Of a stretch of DNA of 64,000 nt, positions 28,360 to 37,465 are shown piece after piece. The first letter of the stretch is position 1. The number at the start of each line of letters is the position of its first letter. This stretch comes from a virus (lineage: Duplodnaviria; Heunggongvirae; Uroviricota; Caudoviricetes). Under the pieces are notes generated by a model. That model saw nothing but the letters and a program-made list of their open reading frames with translations, had not been told where the DNA came from and searched no databases. The position numbers and the translations under genes are program-made. The stretch spans positions 259,486-323,485 of IMG/VR virus record IMGVR_UViG_3300030332_001481; one strand, 5' to 3'.

Positions 28360-31300
28360 TCAGATATCGTCCAGCTCGTCCAGTCCCTCGATCTTGCTAT
28401 GAATCTGTACCAGGACCTCGGGGAGGACTGAGTTCTTGAAGTACTCAGCTACCTCGGGGCCCTTCTTGTACATCAAGGGCTTGATGAGAGACTCTGGGTC
28501 GACGCCATTACCGTAGAAGTTGCGTAGGGCAAGTTCCACCAGCTTGGCATGCAGAGTCTTCCTCTGTGCGTCGGTGAGGGAGCTGACCTGCAAGTGCCCA
28601 GGGGTGGCTGCCGGAGCCGGTGCGGGGGCCGCTTCCGGTGCGGGTGCCTGCTCTACTGGAGCAGATGCCGGCTCTGCCGGAGTCGGTACCTTTTTCTTCT
28701 TGGGGTACGCAGCGATAGTGGCAGTTGCGATGTCCTGGAACACTTGGATAAATGCCGCCAGCTCGTCAGCACTGAGTACTGATGTGACGTCCCCCTCCAC
28801 AAAGATCTTCGTACGAAGGTCTTCAAGGCTGAGAGAGTAGAGATCCTGAGGACCTAACAGGTCCTGTCGAAGCTTCGACAGCGCGTACAGAGCAGCGGTG
28901 TTGCCCTGGTGCTCCATGAACACCTTCTTCACAGTCTGGCCCGTAGGTACGAGGTTTGGAAGCTCACGATTGAGCAACCAAGCAGGAACCTGCGAGGCAG
29001 GGGCCGCCTCGGGCTCTTCTTCCTCAAGCTCAGGCTCTTCTTCCTCGTCGAAGTCGGGCTCTTCCTCAAGCTCCGGCTCTTCCTCAGGCTCTTCTGCCCC
29101 ATCGAAGTCCGGCTCTTCGTTGTCGAAGTCTGGAGCCGGCTCTTCTTCAGGCTCTTCAGGCTCTTCGGTCTCTTCTGCCTTGGGATCTTCTTCCGGCTCG
29201 GGGTGGAACCCATCGCCAGCTTCGAAGTCAGACATGAAGTCGTCTTCGTCACTCTCGGAGACCTGTACCTGGATCTGCTTGATCTTGTCGGCGAGGTCGG
29301 CGTTGCCGTTGTCGCGAACTTCCTTCTCGATGACCTCAAGCTCACGCACAGTCTCTTCACGTGACTGCTCGTCTACCTCTCCGCCCTCAGAGACTTCCGT
29401 CGCGATCTCCTGGATGTTCTCCTTGGCCTTGTCGAGGTCAGAAGCAAGCTCCTCGTCGCCGATCTCTCGTGCCTTCTCCTGCGCGTACTCAACCTCTTCA
29501 ATAAGCTCGGTACCGGAGACAGGTTCAAATTCCGCGAAGGGATCGTCGTCTACGCTGTCTTCGACCTTGTCGGCGAGTTCTTCCTCACCGTCCTCACGAA
29601 GATCCTCAACGACTTCCTCGACTACCTCTTCGGAGTCCTCAACCGTAGCGTCTGCGAGATCCTCAACCTCAGGTACTCGGATTCCGTCGACGATCTTACC
29701 GTCGGCGTCCGCAAGCCCATGGTCCTCTAGGAATGTCTGGATCTCAAGAATGTCGCCTATGTCAAGGTCCTCAGACGGGTTGTCTGTAAGGGCGTCAATT
29801 CCGTGGTCAATCAAGGCACGGAAGAGAATAGCCGTCTGCTGCGGGTCAGCTTCCATGGCGGCCACGTACTGATCAAAGATGGTGCCCTTGAGGTACTCCT
29901 GCTTGGCGTCTAGCGCCTCGTCCAGGTCACTCTGAGCCTCTTCTTCGACGTCAGAGGTGGGCGTGGCGGACTCTCCTGCCTCTTCCTCGACACTGTCGGT
30001 GGCGATCTCTTCCTCGGAGAGAACGTACTTGGCACAAGCCTGCTGCCAACGACGCTTCAGCTCCTCCCACATCTGCAGAAGGATCTTCCCCTCCTCGCCA
30101 GGGACCTGCTGAACCTCTGTAAGGAGGTCCGTCTCGGCCTGCTGGATGTCTCCCCAGGTGAACAGGTGAGTGCCGCCCATGGGAAGGTGAGCTGCTAGGA
30201 GGTTCTGAACGCTCTCGTTGAACGAGTCCAGAACGTCGGCCAGCACCCCAGGAGGAAGCTGAACCCACTCTCCGCCCTTGACTGCGATCTCTGGGATCTC
30301 CTGCTGAGCCGTCTCAATGTCGGAGACTTCCTCGACGTCCGCAGAGTCTGTAGTGGAAAGCTCCTCTTCGGCCTTATCAAAGTCCTCATCCGAAGGCTCA
30401 GGGGCCTCCTCTACGGGAGCCGAGTCTGTCTTGGCAAGGCTCTCCCCGGTGAGAGTACTCAAGGATAGAGACCTGGCCTCTTCCTTGGGAATGGAGGCGA
30501 CCCAGGAGAAGAACTCCGAGAACAGGGTTGCGTCAACCGGAGAATCCTCATCGGCGCTAAGGCGTGAGAGGATGTCCTTTGCGTTCATACCCTCTACATC
30601 GATTAGGTACTGAAGCTTCTTCAGCTCTGCTAGAGCTGCTTCCTTGTCGTCGAGATCCTCGGCGTACTCGAAGAAGCGGTCGAACATATCGGTGTAGTGA
30701 GTCTCCTCTTCAACCGGTGTGACCACGTCATCATCGGGGGAAGGAGCCTCTTCGTCAAACTGCTCTTCAACTGGAGTAACCGCAGGAGCGCCTTCACCGA
30801 ACAGAGAAGAGATACCCTCGTCGTCCAGGGAGTTCTGCAGGCCGAGCTTACGGTTCACCTGCGCGAGGTAGCTCCGCATGGACTGGAAAAGGAGGGCATG
30901 TGAGTCAGGCCCCTCAAGGCCGTACTTGGAGTCGTAATCCACAGCCCAGTCCAGGACCATGTCCAGGTTTCCGCCCTTCGACGCTACGTGACTCATCACC
31001 TTTAGCAAGCGATTCATCTTGGTAGTGGTCGCAGACGGTGGCTCAATGGCTTCCAACGACTCGTCACCCTCCTCCTTCGCCAGGAGTCGTGCCTCCTCCT
31101 TGAGGTTCCGGCGGAACGACCGCATGAACCGATCAAGATGCTCGCGGACGGGAACTACGCGGAGGTAGTCGTCGTAGGAGGGGAAACGCTTGTCGCCTGA
31201 GTAGAGGCCGGAGAAGTCAAACCCCTCTTCGCCCTGTGCATCAGGGTTGCGTGACAGGAACAGCTTGAGCTGCTTCACAATGGCCTGAACACGCTGGTGA

Positions 31301-34300
31301 GCGGGGCTCACCGAGGCGCCCTGGAGCTTCTTTTCCAGGTCTTCCAGTGAGAGGCCAGAGGTCAGCTTCCCGATTAGACCATGGAGTACCGCAGCTTCGT
31401 TCGCTGACTTGAGAGCTGGCTGCGCGTTGTGCAGAGTCTCGGCATCTTCAACTACGAACTGATCCTCAGCCTGGGGCTTTGTGATCTCGTCCTGCGACTC
31501 GGGAACAACATCCGTCTTCTGGTAGATGTCTGTGAGGTTGTAGACACCCGGCTTAACCTGAAGCTCGTCCAAGTTGTTGGCCAGGTAGTCTTCGACTGCC
31601 TCCAGGACTACATCCTGGTCGTCGAGCGCCATGCCCTTGGAGGGGCGAGGCTCGAACTCGTCGATGGGGTTCCCGTGGTACATGTGCTCCACGAGCTGGT
31701 CGATGAGGGCGCGGAACTGCTTCTGACGCAGCTGAAGAACCGCTGCCTTGTCCCCTGGGCGTACCGGGAGAGAGGCGTCTCGAATCTCCTCGAAGAGAGT
31801 CCGCTGTTCGCGCTTGGTGAAGTCCTTCTCGCGGGGAGTGAACTTCATCTTCTGGTCCTCGACCGGAACCGTCTGGAGCTTGGTCGTATCCCACTCAGAG
31901 GGGTTCTTGCCAAGTGCAGAGTAAAGAACCTTGGTTACGGCCGGGTAGATGCTGCTCTCAAGGTCAGAGAGTTCTCCCTTGAGGGAGTCTAGCTTCACCT
32001 CTTGACCTGACTCTTTGCCCTTGGCAGCGAGTCGCATGATCTTCTGGAGAAGGCTGAGGACGGCTGCGTTCTTACGCTTGTAGTCACGCTCGAACGCGTG
32101 CTCTGCCTCGGCACGTGCTTGCTGCCAGCCCTTGAGAGCCTTCTGGTACGACTTGTACTGAGTCTTTTGCTTTCCCTTTGGGTCAGACTCGTTGACGTAG
32201 TCGGCCTTCTGTGGTAGCGGCGGGATTTCCGCTGCGTCAGGAAGGTCAGGGAACGCCGCGACAAAAGCCTTCGTGTACAGCGCGCTGTCTTCATTGATGC
32301 CGACTTCGGTATCCCGAGCAACGTCCTGCTTTGAAGTGTCTCGCTTGGGGGCGCTGTCCAGGTCTACCTGCCGCTGCGACTTCCACTTCTCGTAGCGGCT
32401 GTCGAACTTGCTGGTGCTGGTGGAGCTACGACCGGTGAATCTACGGAGGAACTTCTGCTTCTCTTCGTCAGTCAGATCGGGAGGGTTTTTGAACAGGTGG
32501 TCGAGCTTGAAGGGCCCGGCTTCGTCGAAGTAGTTCTTCATGCGCACAGCGATGTCGTTGTGCTTCATGATGGGGTGGCGCTCCTTGCGCTCCATCAAGT
32601 CTTCGCGAAGCTCTTCCTTCTCTTCCTTGATCCTGTCTCGAAGGTCGAAGTACTGCTCGTCCTGCTTCTCCTTGACTCCATCTAGCTTGGAACGCTCCAG
32701 CTTGAGCTGAGTGACCTGTGACCGTAGCTCGGCGAGCTTGCTCCTGTCCTTATCAGACAGGTCCTTCATCCCCTCTACCATCTCCTGGAGATCGGAGACC
32801 TTGGCGAGGATGTTGGTGGCCCGGTCAGCCGCTAGCGCACGAGCCTTGGAACGCTCCAGGAAGTCTGGAAGAAACTCCATCTTCTCTTCCAGGGCCTCAA
32901 GACCTTCGTCTTCCCAGTCTTCGATGAAGTTGAAGTTGTCCGGAATGTTGGCAGCGTCGGTGCCCTTGTACTCCTTGGACCAAGCACGCACTAGCGCCTG
33001 GAACTTGTTCTTGAAGTTCGCGGGGGTCTCGCCAGCTTCCTCTGCATCCAGGATGCCCTGGATGACCTTCATCAGCTTCTCGATGAACTCGGCCTGTGGG
33101 CCGTCATTTGATGCGACGCTGGGGTCCTGAAGGAACTCCTCGTCGATGTCAAACTCAGGATCAGCAAGCCCCTGCATCTCTGAGGTAAGGGACTCAATCT
33201 CCTCGCGGATCCGGGAGGGATCGCTCTTACGTGCCTCTTCTAGGCTCGCCTCTGTGTCTGCGATCTCCTGGTCCAGCCTGTCGATGTTGTCTAGGGTCTG
33301 CTGACGCGCATCCTTGAGTGCCTGGAACTTAGCGGAGAACGTAGAGGGCTGAGACAGCTCCTTTTCAATCTTGGCGTCCAGACGCTTGACGTCGTGGTAT
33401 AGCCAGTTCTTCAGGCTCTGCAGCGCCTTGCCCGGGTCCTGTGAAGGGTTGAAGACGTGGATCATCCACAACTTCCGCGCTACCTTATCGATATCCGCGT
33501 CGTCATGCGGGAGGCTGCTCTTTAGACGCTCTACGACTGGACGGCTGTCCCTGGCGGGCTTGGGGTCGTCAGCAGGTGAAATACCCTGCTCCCACTCGGA
33601 CTCGTCTGCGTCTGCGTCGAGGTTGTCCTCACGCTCAGCCTGCTGACGCTTCCAGTGCTGGCGGTGGAGCTTGTCCACGTAACCAACGAAGTCCGGCGCC
33701 GCCTCGTTCATGGCGTCACGGAACTCATCTGTCTTCAGAAGGGCAGTGAGGATCGGGTCGAACTTCTCGATCGCCTTCTTATAGGTCTGACGGATCCCGT
33801 GAAGGTTCTGAGGGTCGGACGGGTCGGCGTAACCGAACTCGAACTTGGCAATCTGTTGAAGGCGCTTCTCGACCTTGCGAGGCCCGAGTAGGGTAACAGG
33901 AATAGACTTGAGCATCTTCTCCTCGGGATCGTCGTCCCGGCGGAGAGGACCTGGGATACCCCACATCCAACGCAGAATGTTTTCCTGATCCTGCGTGAGA
34001 TTTGCGTACTCCAGCGTCGCTTCGAGCTTGTCAGCGATATCGTTCCACTGACGGACCCTATTCTCAGTGTCTTCCTCTGTGAGATCACCCTTCAAGAAGT
34101 CGCGAATCTGGGACGGCTTGAGGCCTAGCTTCTGACTGAAGAAAGACCAAACCTTGTCAGGCCGACTAGACTCCTTGCGCGGCTTCCCGCGCATGATGTT
34201 GCGGCGGTAGAACTTGGCAAGGGCATCAAGGGAAGGATCGTCAGTAAGCTCCCACTTCTCCTTGATGATGTCGAAGAGGTTGCTCTGTGCGCGCTCCAGG

Positions 34301-36804
34301 CGCTTCCTTACTTCTGTGACAGTGGTCTGGAACCCTGGGTCAGACTCTACCCCATTGAAAGGTGGCTTCGTAGCGATCTGTCGGAACGAGAGAACGTCTC
34401 CGTCCGTACCCAGGCCGAGTCGCCCTGCCAAGATTGCCCGGTCCTTGTCGTCGAGTCGACGGTCGTCCTCGACCATGATGATGTCAGCAAGGATGCTGAA
34501 CCATTCCTCGGCCGTATCCTGGCTGCGGACCTGCTGCATCTGCTCGTAAGGGGTGGCGCCTTCCTCAGGTACCATCTCCTCAAAAGTCACCTCGTCTTCG
34601 TCGTCACCCCCGGTTGATACAGGTGTGACAAAACGAGAGGGTGTGACCTTCTTGTTGAGCTTGACATGAATGGTCTCTCCCGCGTTGGAGGGGGAGAATG
34701 TAAGGGTGCCCTTTGTCGGGTCCAGTACGTATTCATCAGCTCCAGGCTCTACTGAGCTGGCACCAGACGTGGCCTCTGTGACTGTGATCTCCTTCCCAAT
34801 CATGTGAGGGGGAAGGTAGATGTAGTGCGAGGAGTACGACGCAGGGGCGAAAGCATCGTGCTTCTTGACGTAGTCCGCCTTATCCTTGACGCTACCTCCA
34901 CGCATCACTACCAGCGGCAGAGACTTGCCAGAGGGCCCAAGAACGAGGAGCTTCTCTTTTCCGCCCTTCTTGGGGTAGGCGATACGACCGACGTTGTACT
35001 TGGTGTCTTCTTCAACGATGAAGGCCTTACCGCCCGCAGGCTTGAACTCCTTGCCGTCCGAGTCTCGTGTGACAGAGAATCCGCCGGGCTGAATGCCCCA
35101 GGCGTTCAGGGCTACAACACCGCCGCCGGGGGGCACCTCCACCGTCTTGGAGACTGAATGGACCTCGCTGGTGCTGGTCTCTTCCTTGTAGCGCTCGTAG
35201 AGCTTGCGGAGAGCCATGGGCAGCTTGCCGCCGCTCTTACCATCGCTGCGACCGAAGACCCAGGGGTTGTTGAGGAAGCGGACCTGAGCGTCGGTCTTCT
35301 TGGTTTCCTCTTCACCTTCAAGCTGGATCTCGTCGCCCTTGCCCTTACCCGCGTCGAAGTCGAAGTTGAGGGCCGCCTCCTGGATGGGTCCCAGCATGGC
35401 GTTGTATAGGTCCTGCAGCTCGATGCCCGCAGCTTCGAAGGTCTTGCGGATGCTGCGCCACGCCCCAGGAGACTTGCTGCCCGGGAAGTAGGTGGCCGGG
35501 TTCATGATGACGCGCAAGATCAGCGGCGTCACATAGCGCCCCAGCTCCTGTACCGTCCCGTTGACGTCCTGTGCTTGTGAGCGGAGGGAGTGAGAGTACT
35601 CCAAGAACTCAGGGTCCATTGACTTGTTGCCGAACTCGGCAAAGTCATCCCCAAACTCATCGTCACTGCTTACTGACTTGGCTGCCTCGTAGGACTTCTC
35701 TACCAGGAGGTAGGCCAAGGAGCTGAAGCGTGCGAGCTTGGGTGCAATCTCTTCGTCGACGAACGCACGAATGTGACGCTGTGCCTCAGCGTTGTGGTCG
35801 TCGTGCAGGTCGTGAAGCATCCCCTCAAGCTGCATGAACTCGTGGGTGAGATCGGGAATGGTTCTCTCGTCCTTGGACGAGGTGTCGGCTTCCTGCTCGT
35901 GCCGCAGGTTTTCAATCTCTCCCTCGATGTAGGGGATTGCCGTGTCAAGAACGAAGTCACGGTTCGGGTGAGATAGCAGGAGGGTCCAGATGTTACCCAC
36001 ACCAGACTGGATCTTGCGAAGAAGGTCCTCTTCACGCTCCGGTGTTAGCTTCTTGAACTTGGTGTGGGGCTTGTCCGCCAGGTAGTATTCTACTTTGACG
36101 TTCTGCCCAACGGCGTCTGGACCAAAGTACAGCTTGCCTGTGCTCGGGGCGTAGCCAACGCGACCGCGGTCGAGGTAAAAGCCCTCGGATGCGTTAGGAT
36201 CGGGGCTGAAGAAGATCTCCATCTCACCTGTGAGAGGGTTCTTTCGCTTCTTCGGCTTTCCGTCCTTACCTACGACGGGTGACATGATGCGAGTTTGGAG
36301 CTGCTTCCTGGTCCCATCCTGGTCGATCAAGAACACGCGCATCTTGTGCTGAACGATGTCGACGCCCTTGTCGAGCGGCTTGGACGCACTCTGACTGACC
36401 TTGAACTTCTTGGTCAGCGGCTCCCACTCGAAGTTCTTCGGGTGCAGCTGCCACGGACCTGTCGCAGGAGCGTGGTGCGAGACGGCCTTCTCTGCCCGCT
36501 CGTCTACCTTCTTGTCGAGCTTCTTGGTGTCGAGCTTCGCCGCTTCGCTCTCGTCGATGTCATCGGAGCCATCGTCGTCATCGTCCTCAGACGAAGGAGC
36601 CTCGATCTCCTCATCGCCACGAAGCTCGGACTGTTCCAGCTCCTTGGCCAGGTCAAACCCAGAGTCTTCCGACTCCTCTCCGTCGGAGTCCTGGCTCTCC
36701 AGGTCACTTTCCTCGACGACGGTCATGCCCAACTCGTCTGCTTCTTCAGCAGACATGTTGGCGGAACGGATCTTCTTCTTAACGCTGTTGGAACGACGAG
36801 ACAT
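28360..36804 (-). CDS. giant 2814-aa protein containing a sigma70-like core (regions 1.2, 2, 3.2, 4, second 4) and a very long acidic C-terminal part
   Basis: KLTPEREEDLLRKIQSG (1.2); GIELQDLYNAMLGPIQEAALNFDFDAG (2.2); TPVSTGGDDEDEVTFEEMVPEEGATPYEQ (3.2); LDDKDRAILAGRLGL..LSFRQIA..TEVRKRLERAQSNL (4). Confidence 0.7.
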   Translation of the reverse strand: MSRRSNSVKKKIRSANMSAEEADELGMTVVEESDLESQDSDGEESEDSGFDLAKELEQSELRGDEEIEAPSSEDDDDDGSDDIDESEAAKLDTKKLDKKVDERAEKAVSHHAPATGPWQLHPKNFEWEPLTKKFKVSQSASKPLDKGVDIVQHKMRVFLIDQDGTRKQLQTRIMSPVVGKDGKPKKRKNPLTGEMEIFFSPDPNASEGFYLDRGRVGYAPSTGKLYFGPDAVGQNVKVEYYLADKPHTKFKKLTPEREEDLLRKIQSGVGNIWTLLLSHPNRDFVLDTAIPYIEGEIENLRHEQEADTSSKDERTIPDLTHEFMQLEGMLHDLHDDHNAEAQRHIRAFVDEEIAPKLARFSSLAYLLVEKSYEAAKSVSSDDEFGDDFAEFGNKSMDPEFLEYSHSLRSQAQDVNGTVQELGRYVTPLILRVIMNPATYFPGSKSPGAWRSIRKTFEAAGIELQDLYNAMLGPIQEAALNFDFDAGKGKGDEIQLEGEEETKKTDAQVRFLNNPWVFGRSDGKSGGKLPMALRKLYERYKEETSTSEVHSVSKTVEVPPGGGVVALNAWGIQPGGFSVTRDSDGKEFKPAGGKAFIVEEDTKYNVGRIAYPKKGGKEKLLVLGPSGKSLPLVVMRGGSVKDKADYVKKHDAFAPASYSSHYIYLPPHMIGKEITVTEATSGASSVEPGADEYVLDPTKGTLTFSPSNAGETIHVKLNKKVTPSRFVTPVSTGGDDEDEVTFEEMVPEEGATPYEQMQQVRSQDTAEEWFSILADIIMVEDDRRLDDKDRAILAGRLGLGTDGDVLSFRQIATKPPFNGVESDPGFQTTVTEVRKRLERAQSNLFDIIKEKWELTDDPSLDALAKFYRRNIMRGKPRKESSRPDKVWSFFSQKLGLKPSQIRDFLKGDLTEEDTENRVRQWNDIADKLEATLEYANLTQDQENILRWMWGIPGPLRRDDDPEEKMLKSIPVTLLGPRKVEKRLQQIAKFEFGYADPSDPQNLHGIRQTYKKAIEKFDPILTALLKTDEFRDAMNEAAPDFVGYVDKLHRQHWKRQQAEREDNLDADADESEWEQGISPADDPKPARDSRPVVERLKSSLPHDDADIDKVARKLWMIHVFNPSQDPGKALQSLKNWLYHDVKRLDAKIEKELSQPSTFSAKFQALKDARQQTLDNIDRLDQEIADTEASLEEARKSDPSRIREEIESLTSEMQGLADPEFDIDEEFLQDPSVASNDGPQAEFIEKLMKVIQGILDAEEAGETPANFKNKFQALVRAWSKEYKGTDAANIPDNFNFIEDWEDEGLEALEEKMEFLPDFLERSKARALAADRATNILAKVSDLQEMVEGMKDLSDKDRSKLAELRSQVTQLKLERSKLDGVKEKQDEQYFDLRDRIKEEKEELREDLMERKERHPIMKHNDIAVRMKNYFDEAGPFKLDHLFKNPPDLTDEEKQKFLRRFTGRSSTSTSKFDSRYEKWKSQRQVDLDSAPKRDTSKQDVARDTEVGINEDSALYTKAFVAAFPDLPDAAEIPPLPQKADYVNESDPKGKQKTQYKSYQKALKGWQQARAEAEHAFERDYKRKNAAVLSLLQKIMRLAAKGKESGQEVKLDSLKGELSDLESSIYPAVTKVLYSALGKNPSEWDTTKLQTVPVEDQKMKFTPREKDFTKREQRTLFEEIRDASLPVRPGDKAAVLQLRQKQFRALIDQLVEHMYHGNPIDEFEPRPSKGMALDDQDVVLEAVEDYLANNLDELQVKPGVYNLTDIYQKTDVVPESQDEITKPQAEDQFVVEDAETLHNAQPALKSANEAAVLHGLIGKLTSGLSLEDLEKKLQGASVSPAHQRVQAIVKQLKLFLSRNPDAQGEEGFDFSGLYSGDKRFPSYDDYLRVVPVREHLDRFMRSFRRNLKEEARLLAKEEGDESLEAIEPPSATTTKMNRLLKVMSHVASKGGNLDMVLDWAVDYDSKYGLEGPDSHALLFQSMRSYLAQVNRKLGLQNSLDDEGISSLFGEGAPAVTPVEEQFDEEAPSPDDDVVTPVEEETHYTDMFDRFFEYAEDLDDKEAALAELKKLQYLIDVEGMNAKDILSRLSADEDSPVDATLFSEFFSWVASIPKEEARSLSLSTLTGESLAKTDSAPVEEAPEPSDEDFDKAEEELSTTDSADVEEVSDIETAQQEIPEIAVKGGEWVQLPPGVLADVLDSFNESVQNLLAAHLPMGGTHLFTWGDIQQAETDLLTEVQQVPGEEGKILLQMWEELKRRWQQACAKYVLSEEEIATDSVEEEAGESATPTSDVEEEAQSDLDEALDAKQEYLKGTIFDQYVAAMEADPQQTAILFRALIDHGIDALTDNPSEDLDIGDILEIQTFLEDHGLADADGKIVDGIRVPEVEDLADATVEDSEEVVEEVVEDLREDGEEELADKVEDSVDDDPFAEFEPVSGTELIEEVEYAQEKAREIGDEELASDLDKAKENIQEIATEVSEGGEVDEQSREETVRELEVIEKEVRDNGNADLADKIKQIQVQVSESDEDDFMSDFEAGDGFHPEPEEDPKAEETEEPEEPEEEPAPDFDNEEPDFDGAEEPEEEPELEEEPDFDEEEEPELEEEEPEAAPASQVPAWLLNRELPNLVPTGQTVKKVFMEHQGNTAALYALSKLRQDLLGPQDLYSLSLEDLRTKIFVEGDVTSVLSADELAAFIQVFQDIATATIAAYPKKKKVPTPAEPASAPVEQAPAPEAAPAPAPAATPGHLQVSSLTDAQRKTLHAKLVELALRNFYGNGVDPESLIKPLMYKKGPEVAEYFKNSVLPEVLVQIHSKIEGLDELDDI

Positions 36805-36823
36805 TGTCCCTCATGGGGTAGGG

Positions 36824-37465
36824 CTACTGTAAGATATTTGGCGTGGAAGGCGGAAGTTCTGGAGTCATGGGACCCCCTTCCAGCTCGTCGCCAAGTCCGA
36901 GGTCAAGCTCGCCGTCATCCTCGCTGCCGGAGTCCTTGTCCTTCTTGTCGTCAGGACCGACGCCCTTTTCAGGGAGTGAGTGCTCTACAGGCTTGTCCTT
37001 CTCTTCCTTGTGCTCACGGTCTGCAAGAGTCTGCAGCGTGCCCGTCAGCTCCTTGAGGTCACGAAGGGTGTGCACCTCATCGGCTAGCATGTCCTTGAGT
37101 GTCGCAAGGTCAGATGCCTTGATACCAGGAATGTCTTCCTGGTCAAGTTCAAGGAGCTTTGCCAGCTCCTCTGAGCTGTCTGCTAGCTTCTTTTCAAGCT
37201 TCTCGGTGAGGTCATGGAGTGACGCCACGTTCTTCTTGAACGGGTGCTTCTTGGGAAGAGTGCGCATCAGCGCAAGGAAAGAATCCGCGTTATCCTGCAG
37301 CACTGACAGTGCGTTCTCATCCTTCTCCGTGGTGTGAGTAATGGGGGCATCCACGCCGTCCATCTCGGAGAAGTTGATGGCCTCAATCAGGCGAGCAATA
37401 CGCGGCTGCATGAGCAGCGGCGCGTTGCGGTGTACGTGACTGAGCTTTTTGAGTAGAGTTGACAT
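36824..37465 (-). CDS. hypothetical protein, probable head-operon protein (start MSTLLKK)
   Basis: TGATG coupling to the upstream gene; helical, acidic tail. Confidence 0.7.
   Translation of the reverse strand: MSTLLKKLSHVHRNAPLLMQPRIARLIEAINFSEMDGVDAPITHTTEKDENALSVLQDNADSFLALMRTLPKKHPFKKNVASLHDLTEKLEKKLADSSEELAKLLELDQEDIPGIKASDLATLKDMLADEVHTLRDLKELTGTLQTLADREHKEEKDKPVEHSLPEKGVGPDDKKDKDSGSEDDGELDLGLGDELEGGPMTPELPPSTPNILQ

Noticed and set aside
28360-36804. Giant protein as a virion RNA polymerase or tape-measure protein
   Set aside because: No DxDGD or N4/T7-type polymerase motifs and no tape-measure periodicity or TM segments were seen; sigma motifs fit better.
28520-37337. Many Ser-rich plus-strand ORFs (e.g. 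28898..29872, 36295..37056)
   Set aside because: They are antisense shadows of acidic, GC3-rich minus-strand genes.
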